From NCBI RefSeq assembly GCF_000621645.1, contig NZ_JHXR01000044.1, positions 1 through 8,746 on the forward strand: a stretch of DNA of 8,746 nucleotides. The letters are read 5' to 3'. This document shows, in pieces, positions 1 through 6,593 of this stretch; the stretch's first letter is position 1, and each line of letters starts with the position of its first letter. Below the pieces are notes generated by a model. That model saw nothing but the letters and a program-made list of their open reading frames with translations. It ran no database searches and was not told the DNA's origin. This stretch comes from Vibrio cholerae ATCC 14035. Lineage in GTDB: Bacteria; Pseudomonadota; Gammaproteobacteria; Enterobacterales; Vibrionaceae. The position numbers and the translations under genes are program-made.

Positions 1-18
1 GAGCTTCAAACCCCGCTT

Positions 19-148
19 TGTATTTTGGCTTTTGAGCAATTCTTTTGTGTTTTGAGCAATCCTCTTTAAAAGTTCACTTTAAGACTATTGAAATGAGCAT
101 TAGAGCGCACATCGCAAAAAGGCTTTAAAACCGCTTTAAACCTTTAAA
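19..148 (+). promoter_or_regulatory. Candidate attL left-end region with putative transposase-binding repeats
   Basis: The 11-bp direct repeat TTTTGAGCAAT occurs at 30-40 and 50-60, a 20-bp offset. TTCACTTTAAGACTATTGAAA (73-93) resembles the remembered MuA end-site pattern TTCACTTGAAGTACGAAAA. GCGCACATCGCAAAAA (105-120) resembles the Mu R1-like GCGCACGAAAAA. CTTTAAA is reiterated at 64-70, 123-129, 134-140 and 142-148. Confidence 0.5.
30..60 (+). repeat. Two perfect 11-bp direct repeats, TTTTGAGCAAT, at 30-40 and 50-60
   Basis: Read directly from the sequence. The two copies are 20 bp apart start to start, about two helical turns, and lie within about 40 bp of the candidate TG terminus. Confidence 0.9.
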
Positions 149-886
149 TCAATCTCCGATGTCTTTGGCGATGTGAACTACCTGACCAACCACATCAAAC
201 TGGTGCTGTTCATGCTTTGGAATATCCAGCTTGTCATATATAGGGTTGTCGCTTATCAGTCGCCATGTTCCTAACATTGACTGGTACCGCTTCACAAAAA
301 GCTCATCACCATTCCTGAAAATATAGATGTGTCCATCTTGCGGCTTGTTCCTAGCCATGTGAACTACAAGCGTGTCATTGTTGTGGATCGTGGGCTCCAT
401 GCTGTCGCCCTTTGCCCACACGATCGCTAAATCCTTTTCGTTGAACCCTCTATAGTTCAGCCACTTACGGCGAAATGCCAGATACCGAGTCGGCTCCATA
501 TTCTCTGGGTTAAGCGCGCCGTGACCTGCTGAAACCTGTATTCGATAGCCAGGTATCATCACGAACTCATCCATGGGGATGCTATAAAAGGCAGATGGCT
601 CACTAACTGAATAATCGGTTGTGGCTCCTGAACATAGCCATTCAAGTGGTTTGTTGCTGATTTCTGATATCAGCGCGAGCTTATCTAAGGATGGGAATGT
701 TTTTCCGCCTAGATAATTGCGCACAACCGCCTCGGATAGTCCACATTTCTTCGCAAAGCTGCGAATTGAAATATCCCCAATAGCTTCCTTTAGCCTTTCG
801 GGGAATCGCATTATTCCTTTGATTTCAAAAATGTGATCCGCATTTTTGTCTTTTCCTGCCGCATTTTTGTTGTAAGTGTCTGACAT
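149..886 (-). CDS. CI/LexA-type prophage repressor (N-terminal XRE-family HTH plus C-terminal S24 autopeptidase)
   Basis: The 245-aa ORF is divergent from the early operon. An HTH-like segment reads SIRSFAKKCGLSEAVVRNYLGGKTFPSLDKLALIS. There is a candidate Ala120-Gly121 autocleavage site in QVSAGHG. The catalytic Ser162 lies in WAKGDSMEPT (codon at 401-403) and Lys199 in LFVKRY. Confidence 0.9.
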   Translation of the reverse strand: MSDTYNKNAAGKDKNADHIFEIKGIMRFPERLKEAIGDISIRSFAKKCGLSEAVVRNYLGGKTFPSLDKLALISEISNKPLEWLCSGATTDYSVSEPSAFYSIPMDEFVMIPGYRIQVSAGHGALNPENMEPTRYLAFRRKWLNYRGFNEKDLAIVWAKGDSMEPTIHNNDTLVVHMARNKPQDGHIYIFRNGDELFVKRYQSMLGTWRLISDNPIYDKLDIPKHEQHQFDVVGQVVHIAKDIGD

Positions 887-1038
887 TAAACATTTTCTCT
901 CTATTTATTTTAATTCGCACCTGTCGAAAGAAAAATGCGCAATGATATTGACGTGCGCATTTTTCTGATCAATTATGTGTTACACGAAAGCGCAAATGTT
1001 TTGAGTTGCGCATATATGTAACACATGAGGTTATCACG
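887..1038. promoter_or_regulatory. Divergent early-promoter/operator region between the repressor and ner
   Basis: A perfect 13-bp inverted repeat AGAAAAATGCGCA (929-941) / TGCGCATTTTTCT (954-966) brackets a -35-like TTGACG (948-953). A -10-like AATTAT (971-976) follows after a 17-bp spacer, giving a candidate rightward Pe. A second inverted repeat, ATGTGTTACA (975-984) / TGTAACACAT (1017-1026), encloses the inner pair GCGCAA (990-995) / TTGCGC (1006-1011). A leftward promoter is only weakly discernible (TTGATC on the minus strand at 967-972). Confidence 0.7.
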
Positions 1039-1263
1039 ATGGATAGATTTGATCGAGATTGGCACAAGGCAGATATCAAAGCGGCTTTGGAAAAGGCAGG
1101 AACTAACTACGAAAAGTTAGCCGAAGAGCACGGCATTGCAGGTTCAACTCTCCGCAATGCACTGCGTTTCAAGTATCCAAAATGTGAGCGCATCATTGCG
1201 CAGAAAATTGGTGTGGAGCCTGAGGTTATTTGGCCTTCACGTTACACCAAAGAATGTGCGTGA
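1039..1263 (+). CDS. ner: Ner-like (Cro-analog) DNA-binding early regulator
   Basis: The 74-aa product contains DWHKADIKAAL...STLRNAL...PKCERIIAQKIGVEPEVIWPSRY. This matches the remembered Mu Ner pattern DWHRADV...TTLANAL...PKGEQIIA...PEVIWPSRY. The RBS GAGG (1027-1030) lies 8 nt upstream of the ATG at 1039. The TTG at 1006 given in the ORF track has no RBS and overlaps the operator, so 1039 is preferred. Confidence 0.9.
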   Translation: MDRFDRDWHKADIKAALEKAGTNYEKLAEEHGIAGSTLRNALRFKYPKCERIIAQKIGVEPEVIWPSRYTKECA

Positions 1264-1274
1264 GAGGTAGCCAT

Positions 1275-3278
1275 ATGTGGGTTACAGCAAAAGAATGCGC
1301 AGGCGTTGGTGGATTTCCAACAGATAAAAACAACGCAAGAAATAGATTGGTGAAGCTGGCTTCTGGTCAGCCAGACATGCAAAGAAAAAGAGAAGGTACT
1401 AAAGCCTTTGAATTTCACATCAGCATCTTACCTCCTCAAACACAAGCCGCCCTCCTAAAGAAAACGGGCAAGGTCAAAGTTGGTGAGCAAGTCATCAACC
1501 TGCCAAAAGCAAAGGCAGAGAAAACCTATTGTCGCGAATCGCTGTGGGCATCGTGGGGTAAAACCAACGACAAAACCAAGCAGAAAGCACATCAGGCCTT
1601 GCGCTGCGTTCAAGCAGTGAAAGCGTTGGAACAAAACGGCATCAACCGCATGCACGCATACCAAACCGTGTGTGATGAATACGGAATCCCACTTTCAACG
1701 CTGCGCCGTCACGTTGCCAAAGTGAAAGACATTGACGAATGCGACTGGCTACCTGCGCTGCTCACCAAGCACTTTGAAACCGCGCAACTGCGCAAGGTGG
1801 AGCACTTTGCCCACATCACGCCAGAGGCTTGGGAGTTCTTCAAAGGTGATTACCTTCGCCTAGAGCGCCCAACCATGAGCGTGTGCTACGAGCGCCTAAA
1901 GAAAGTGGCAGTGCAAAACGGCTGGGCAATCCCAAGCCTGAAAAGCCTCAGCCGCCGACTAGAAGCCGAAGTGCCTATCCAAGCGCGCGTCATGCTGCGC
2001 GAAGGTGAGCACGCCTTGCACCAAATGTTTCCGCCGCAAGAGCGCAGCGTGCTTGAGCTGCATGCCCTCGAATGGATTAACGGAGACGGCTACCAACACA
2101 ACGTGTTTGTGCGTTGGTTCAATGGCGAAATCGTGCGCCCTAAAACATGGTTCTGGGCTGATGTTTACAGCCGCAAGATTCTGGGTTGGCGCTGTGATCT
2201 CAGCGAAAACACAGACAGCATCCGCCTTAGCTTTATGGATGTGATCGAGCGCTACGGCATACCCAAGCACATCACCATTGATAACACCCGTGCGGCGGCA
2301 AACAAGTGGATGACGGGCGGCGTGCCGAATCGTTACCGCTTCAAAGTAAAGCCAGACGACCCTAAAGGCCTGATGACCATGTTAGTCGGTGAGCGAAACA
2401 TCCACTGGACAAGCGTGATCCTCGGTAAAGGTCATGGTCAGGCAAAGCCCATCGAGCGTGCGTTTGGTGTGGGTGGCCTTGAAGAGTACATCGACAAACA
2501 ACCGATTAACGAAGGCGCTTATACAGGCCCGAACCCAATGGCGAAGCCTGAGAACTACGGCGACAAAGCCATTGATGCGGATGCGTTCCTAAAGTCCATC
2601 GCTCTCGGTGTGGAAATGTTCAACCAAAAGAGCAACCGCAATAACGAAGTGTGTCGCGGCTTTATGAGCTACGAAGAAGCGTTTAACGCCAGCTACCAAA
2701 GTGCGCCGATTAAAAAGGCCACCAAAGAGCAGTTGCAAATGCTGATGCTATCGGCGGAAGCCTGTCGCGTATCGCGCCACGGCACCATCACGCTCGATGC
2801 GGGTGGCACGTTGGCAGGTCGCAAAAACCGCTACTTCAACGAAGTAATGATGAACTACATCGACCAAAAACTGGTGGCACGTTTTGACCCTATCAAGCTG
2901 CACGAGTCGGTAGAGATCTACACCCTAAACGGTGTTTACCTCTGCACTGCTGAGTGCGTTGAAAAGGTTGGCTTCGGCGATACCCAAGCCGCGAGAGAGC
3001 ACAAACGCAAGCGCACCCAGTTTACCAAAGCGAACAAAGCCGCCGCCCAAGCGCAGCGTGAAATGAGCGCATTGGAAGTGGCCGCGATGATGCCAGAGCC
3101 AGAAGAAGAAGTGATCCCAGAAGCAAAAGTGGTCGAGGTGTATCGCCCTGTCGCTATCGGAAACACCGCCGCCGCGATTCGCCAGCAAGAGCAAATCGAA
3201 ACGGAAGAAGATTTGGAAGCGAACTACCAAGCCAGCGTTGCCAGCCTGATGGCTCAACGCCTGAAAAACCGACTTTAA
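1275..3278 (+). CDS. A: MuA-type DDE transposase
   Basis: From the ATG at 1275 (RBS GAGAGG at 1262-1267) the product is 667 aa, against 663 aa for MuA. The N-terminus MWVTAKECAGVGGFP parallels MuA MELWVSPKECANLPGLP. The DDE residues fall at D271 (NGDGYQH, 2085-2087), D336 (ITIDNT, 2280-2282) and E394 (KPIERAF, 2454-2456). The remembered MuA positions are D269/D336/E392. Confidence 0.95.
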   Translation: MWVTAKECAGVGGFPTDKNNARNRLVKLASGQPDMQRKREGTKAFEFHISILPPQTQAALLKKTGKVKVGEQVINLPKAKAEKTYCRESLWASWGKTNDKTKQKAHQALRCVQAVKALEQNGINRMHAYQTVCDEYGIPLSTLRRHVAKVKDIDECDWLPALLTKHFETAQLRKVEHFAHITPEAWEFFKGDYLRLERPTMSVCYERLKKVAVQNGWAIPSLKSLSRRLEAEVPIQARVMLREGEHALHQMFPPQERSVLELHALEWINGDGYQHNVFVRWFNGEIVRPKTWFWADVYSRKILGWRCDLSENTDSIRLSFMDVIERYGIPKHITIDNTRAAANKWMTGGVPNRYRFKVKPDDPKGLMTMLVGERNIHWTSVILGKGHGQAKPIERAFGVGGLEEYIDKQPINEGAYTGPNPMAKPENYGDKAIDADAFLKSIALGVEMFNQKSNRNNEVCRGFMSYEEAFNASYQSAPIKKATKEQLQMLMLSAEACRVSRHGTITLDAGGTLAGRKNRYFNEVMMNYIDQKLVARFDPIKLHESVEIYTLNGVYLCTAECVEKVGFGDTQAAREHKRKRTQFTKANKAAAQAQREMSALEVAAMMPEPEEEVIPEAKVVEVYRPVAIGNTAAAIRQQEQIETEEDLEANYQASVASLMAQRLKNRL

Positions 3279-3304
3279 ACCACCGCTAAACGGAGATAAA
3301 ACCC

Positions 3305-4249
3305 ATGAAAAACGTCGTTGCCTTACAGAAGGCGGAAGTCAAGAACACCACAGTGGTGATGGATATTAGCGCCTTGATTGAAGCGAAAGCCGTCACGGGT
3401 GCGCAAATCGCCAAAGAGATCAGCGTATCTCCTGCCACGCTAAGCCAAATCATGAAAGGCACCTACGCGGCAGACCCAAGCAACGTGATCGATAAGTTGG
3501 AAAAGTGGCTGCGCATGCGTGAACAGCGCCAGTCCACCCCGAACGTCAACCCCGGCTTTGTCATGACAGAGACGGCCAAACAAATCATGGCTGATCTGAC
3601 TTACGCGCAAATCACCGAATCCTTCGCCGTTATCTTTGGTGCAAGTGGTGTCGGCAAAACCGAAACCGCGCGTGAATACCAACGCAGCAACAACAATGTG
3701 TGGATGATTACCGCAAGCCCAAGCCGCGCAAGCCTGACTGAGTGCCTGTATGAACTCGCGATGGAACTCGGCCTAGACCAAGCGCCACGCCGCAAGGGGC
3801 CACTGTCACGCGTTATTCGCCAGCGCCTGCTTAACAGTGAGGGCCTAGTGATCATTGATGAGTCAGACCACCTTGATTACCCAACCCTAGAAGAGCTGCG
3901 CATTCTGCAAGAAGAGACAGGCATCGGCATGGCACTGCTCGGCAACAACAAGGTGTACACGCAACTGACAGGCGGACGCCGCAATGAAGACTTTGCACGC
4001 CTGTTCTCACGCATCGCCAAGAAGCGCGGCATTCACAAAGCCAAGAAGTCAGACGTGAAAGCCATCGCGCAAGCATGGAACGTCATGGGTGAAGAAGAAC
4101 AAGCGCTGATGCAGCAAGTCAGCGAGCGCCCAGGTGCGCTGCGTCTGCTCACCAAAACCCTAAAGCTCTCTGTGATGTACGCCAACGGCAAGGCGATGGA
4201 TACCACCTTGCTGCGCAAAGCCTTCGCAGAACTAACAGCCAACGAGTGA
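3305..4249 (+). CDS. B: MuB-type AAA+ ATPase (transposition target-DNA activator)
   Basis: The product is 314 aa, against 312 aa for MuB, and lies immediately downstream of the transposase. Walker A is GASGVGKT (3638-3661) and Walker B is LVIIDESD. An N-terminal HTH-like segment reads GAQIAKEISVSPATLSQIMKG. The RBS GGAGA (3292-3296) lies 8 nt upstream of the ATG. Confidence 0.93.
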   Translation: MKNVVALQKAEVKNTTVVMDISALIEAKAVTGAQIAKEISVSPATLSQIMKGTYAADPSNVIDKLEKWLRMREQRQSTPNVNPGFVMTETAKQIMADLTYAQITESFAVIFGASGVGKTETAREYQRSNNNVWMITASPSRASLTECLYELAMELGLDQAPRRKGPLSRVIRQRLLNSEGLVIIDESDHLDYPTLEELRILQEETGIGMALLGNNKVYTQLTGGRRNEDFARLFSRIAKKRGIHKAKKSDVKAIAQAWNVMGEEEQALMQQVSERPGALRLLTKTLKLSVMYANGKAMDTTLLRKAFAELTANE

Positions 4250-4256
4250 GGTTCAT

Positions 4257-4481
4257 ATGGCCAGCAAACGAGCGAAAAAATACGTCTATCGCGGCGCGGT
4301 TGGTTTAACAGCAATCGCCCGTGAATACGGAAATGGAATGCTACCGCAAACACTAAGACAACGCGTTTGTCGCATGGGGCTAAGCATAGAAGAAGCACTA
4401 GGTATTGAGCTGCTAATAGGTGTGCGCAAACCAGATTTACTGCACCCACTTTGGAAACTGGCGCTAGGCATGGCGGCATAA
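4257..4481 (+). CDS. Small protein with one copy of a ~40-aa HTH-like module plus the conserved C-terminal tail KPDLLHPLWKLALGMAA
   Basis: The RBS GAGGT (4248-4252) precedes the ATG at 4257. The module reads YRGAVGLTAIAREYGNGMLPQTLRQRVCRMGLSIEEAL. The protein is a paralog of the next gene, which supports both being real coding regions. Confidence 0.75.
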   Translation: MASKRAKKYVYRGAVGLTAIAREYGNGMLPQTLRQRVCRMGLSIEEALGIELLIGVRKPDLLHPLWKLALGMAA

Positions 4482-4490
4482 GGAAACGTG

Positions 4491-4931
4491 ATGAGCAATA
4501 TCAAGAATGAGTACCAAGGGGCCAAAGGCCTGAGAGCTATCTCTGAGCTAACGGGGATCCCTAAGCCAACTCTACATCAACGCATCTATCGGTTGGGTAT
4601 GACGGTTGAAGAAGCGGTTAATCATCAGAAAGGCATTTATGTGAAAAAAAAGCAGCATGAATACCAAGGCATCGTTGGATTGGCTGCGATTTCTCGTCAA
4701 TACGGAGTGCCGCTACGAACGCTTTATTCCCGAGTTATCAGCCAAGGAATGACAGTTGAAGAAGCGGTGAATAAGCCAATCAGAAGAGGGCTTAATCTCT
4801 TGGCGAAAAGGGCAGCACAGCCAAAGACTCAACCAGAGCCACAGGCAAGCGTGAAAGCAAGTAAGGCTGAATCGGTAAAGCCTGATCTGATTAATCCACT
4901 TTGGAAGCTCGCGCTAGGCATATCAGCATAG
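4491..4931 (+). CDS. Protein with two tandem copies of the same HTH-like module plus the same C-terminal tail (KPDLINPLWKLALGISA)
   Basis: The ATG at 4491 follows the RBS AAGGA (4480-4484). The GTG at 4488 is the alternative start used by the ORF track. The modules read YQGAKGLRAISELTGIPKPTLHQRIYRLGMTVEEAV and YQGIVGLAAISRQYGVPLRTLYSRVISQGMTVEEAV. The repeats are also visible at DNA level: 4596-4622 matches 4746-4772 at 24/27, and 4446-4471 matches 4896-4921 at 24/26. Confidence 0.8.
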   Translation: MSNIKNEYQGAKGLRAISELTGIPKPTLHQRIYRLGMTVEEAVNHQKGIYVKKKQHEYQGIVGLAAISRQYGVPLRTLYSRVISQGMTVEEAVNKPIRRGLNLLAKRAAQPKTQPEPQASVKASKAESVKPDLINPLWKLALGISA

Positions 4932-4940
4932 GACAACAAC

Positions 4941-5306
4941 ATGAACAAACATGAAACCTTACTCAAAGCGGTTGGCCGCTTGAACTTCCACCACTGCTTT
5001 GTGCTGCGCACCAACAGCGTAACCAAAATGCCAGTGATTGAAATCGCTAACCCTTACGGCGCTATCGCTCAGCGGCTTATGCGTGATGCCGTGGAAGTCA
5101 CCGAACTGCGCCACGGCACGCTCAATAAAATGTATGTCACCAAGTTCTGCGGGTGCCTCGTTCGCTGGTGGTCAAGCGAGTGCCAGCAGTATGTCGGTAA
5201 CACAGTGATCAATTCACAAGAGAACCAGCACGAGAAACTCTCGTTCTGGAAAACATTGCAAATACTACGGAGTTGGAAATATGGCAAAGCTCACTCTTAC
5301 GTTTAA
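4941..5306 (+). CDS. Hypothetical early-region protein (121 aa)
   Basis: The ORF is on the operon strand, 9 nt after the previous stop, with the RBS AGGA (4930-4933) upstream of the ATG. I recognise no family. The C-terminal extent is uncertain because it overlaps the next ORF by 26 nt. Confidence 0.55.
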   Translation: MNKHETLLKAVGRLNFHHCFVLRTNSVTKMPVIEIANPYGAIAQRLMRDAVEVTELRHGTLNKMYVTKFCGCLVRWWSSECQQYVGNTVINSQENQHEKLSFWKTLQILRSWKYGKAHSYV

Positions 5307-5475
5307 GCAGGAAGAGGATCCGCACGGAGAACCCTCCGTTCTTGTCCAGTGGCAAATCGAAAACTGCGAAGACGAAACCATGGGACTGCTTGCAGAAGCA
5401 GTGAAAGACAAACTGTACCAAGACTTAAAACACGTATTTGACAAAGCTAACGGAGTTCAAAATGCAATCCACTAA
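5281..5475 (+). CDS. Hypothetical small acidic protein (64 aa; 12 D/E against 6 K/R)
   Basis: The RBS ACGGAG (5268-5273) precedes the ATG at 5281, on the operon strand. I recognise no family. Confidence 0.5.
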   Translation: MAKLTLTFKQEEDPHGEPSVLVQWQIENCEDETMGLLAEAVKDKLYQDLKHVFDKANGVQNAIH

Positions 5476-6076
5476 CCCACAAGCAGGCTTTCGCACTAAC
5501 AACCTTGGTCACTTGGTGCCTGAGAGCCAAATCAAAGAGATCGACAAACTGCGTGATGAAGTCGTGCTCGATATCGTTGCCAAAGCGAAAGCCACACAGC
5601 AGGCCATGGCCGCATTCAAAAGCGAAGCAATGGCACAGGTCGCCGACTTTGTAGACCTTTCCGCCGAAGAGTTTGATGTGAAGTACGGCGGCGTGAAGGG
5701 TAACGTCACCCTCGTCTCGTTCGATGGTAAGTACAAAATCCAGCGCAGCATTGGTGAGCATCGAATCTTTGATGAACGCATTCAAGCGGCCAAAGCCAAG
5801 ATTGACGAGTGCATTACGCGCTGGTCGGAAGGCTCAAGCGATCAAATCAAAGCCTTGGTTGAGCTTGCATTCCGCGTCAACAAACAAGGCCACATCGACG
5901 TTAACCAAGTGCTGAGCCTGCGCCAGCTCAACATCGATGACAAAGACTGGATCGAAGCGATGGACGCCATTGCAGACTCCATCAAAGTGGTGGGTAAAAC
6001 CCCTTACCTGCGCATCTATGAGCGCGATTCAAACGGCGGTTATAAACAGATCGCACTCGATATCGCCAAGCTCTAA
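5462..6076 (+). CDS. DUF3164-like protein, a conserved unknown-function family of Mu-like phages
   Basis: The ATG at 5462 follows the RBS GGAG (5451-5454) and is preferred over the ATG at 5438. Segments such as LSAEEFDVKYGGVKGNVTLVSFDGKYKIQRSI...FDERIQAAKAKIDECI..WSEGS and YLRIYERD match my memory of the DUF3164 family. No database search was run. Confidence 0.7.
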   Translation: MQSTNPQAGFRTNNLGHLVPESQIKEIDKLRDEVVLDIVAKAKATQQAMAAFKSEAMAQVADFVDLSAEEFDVKYGGVKGNVTLVSFDGKYKIQRSIGEHRIFDERIQAAKAKIDECITRWSEGSSDQIKALVELAFRVNKQGHIDVNQVLSLRQLNIDDKDWIEAMDAIADSIKVVGKTPYLRIYERDSNGGYKQIALDIAKL

Positions 6077-6085
6077 AGGTGCCGT

Positions 6086-6358
6086 ATGGGGATTCTGCTC
6101 ACAACCCAATACGGTGAAGTGGTACTGAGCCGCCATGCAGTGGATCGCTGGCGGCAAAGAACTGAGCGCAGTCTCCCTGAGTTAGTCGCGGCGGTCGCCA
6201 CAGCGCGCCGCCCATCGAAAAGGGAATTGCGAAAAATACAACAGCGTGACGGCTTCCAACCCAAGCGAATACTGGAATGCGAACACGCTTACTTCATCAT
6301 CGAGAACCAAGTGATCGTCACGGTTTATCACAAGAAGAAGGAAATCAACCATGCATAA
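6086..6358 (+). CDS. Hypothetical 90-aa basic protein with a weak DUF4258-like (putative toxin fold) resemblance
   Basis: The RBS AAAGGTG (6076-6082) precedes the ATG at 6086. The N-terminal LSRHAVDRWRQR and C-terminal VIVTVYHKK recall the HA..R...R and ..VTVY pattern of DUF4258 proteins. The family assignment is tentative. Confidence 0.55.
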   Translation: MGILLTTQYGEVVLSRHAVDRWRQRTERSLPELVAAVATARRPSKRELRKIQQRDGFQPKRILECEHAYFIIENQVIVTVYHKKKEINHA

Positions 6359-6593
6359 CGAACTGCAACGCCCATTCACTTCAGTTCACTCACGTAGCGC
6401 GATTGAGCGCAAAATTGAAATGGCTGAAACCTTGATTGAACAAGAACAGAAAGGCACCGCCTTTCCTGATAGCACCTTTGAAGATGGCTATATCGCCGCG
6501 CTTAACTTTGTGCTCAATCGCGAAGGTTCAAACGTTCGCGAAGAGTTTGAAGGGTTAATGGAGGAGTTGAAATCCCGTGGAGAAGCCGCTTGA
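6351..6593 (+). CDS. Hypothetical small acidic protein (80 aa; 16 D/E against 9 K/R)
   Basis: The ATG at 6351 overlaps the upstream stop by 8 nt (ATGCATAA), which implies translational coupling. It is on the operon strand. I recognise no family. Confidence 0.55.
   Translation: MHNELQRPFTSVHSRSAIERKIEMAETLIEQEQKGTAFPDSTFEDGYIAALNFVLNREGSNVREEFEGLMEELKSRGEAA

Noticed and set aside
964-985. A possible IHF site around GATCAATTATGTGTTA, by analogy with the IHF site between Mu O1 and O2
   Set aside because: On either strand the match to WATCARNNNNTTR fails at the leading W and the TTR positions. This is not enough to call.
1006-1274. Longer upstream starts given by the ORF track for ner (TTG at 1006) and for the transposase (ATG at 1230)
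   Set aside because: The upstream starts lack Shine-Dalgarno sequences. One would run through the operator and the other would overlap ner by 34 nt. The internal ATGs at 1039 and 1275 have GAGG-type RBSs and give lengths and N-termini that match Ner and MuA.
1455-3257. Several ORFs inside the transposase gene: 1455-1664, 1959-2270, 2925-3257 and 2936-3166 on the minus strand, and 2005-2244 on the plus strand
   Set aside because: All lie within the 667-codon MuA-type reading frame, whose DDE triad and length match expectation. They are frame-shadow ORFs.
4033-4479. A 148-aa minus-strand ORF (with 4286-4525 and 3852-4076 also on the minus strand) opposite the end of the B gene and the first HTH-module gene
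   Set aside because: These are antisense shadows of genes supported by Walker motifs or by paralogy. Their composition is biased and there are no start signals.
5447-6264. Alternative-frame and antisense ORFs over the DUF3164-like gene and the following junction (5447-5785 -, 5509-5781 -, 5724-5915 +, 5937-6128 +, 6073-6264 -)
   Set aside because: They overlap a gene with family-like sequence features, or the 90-aa operon-strand ORF downstream of it. They have no RBS and low-complexity products.
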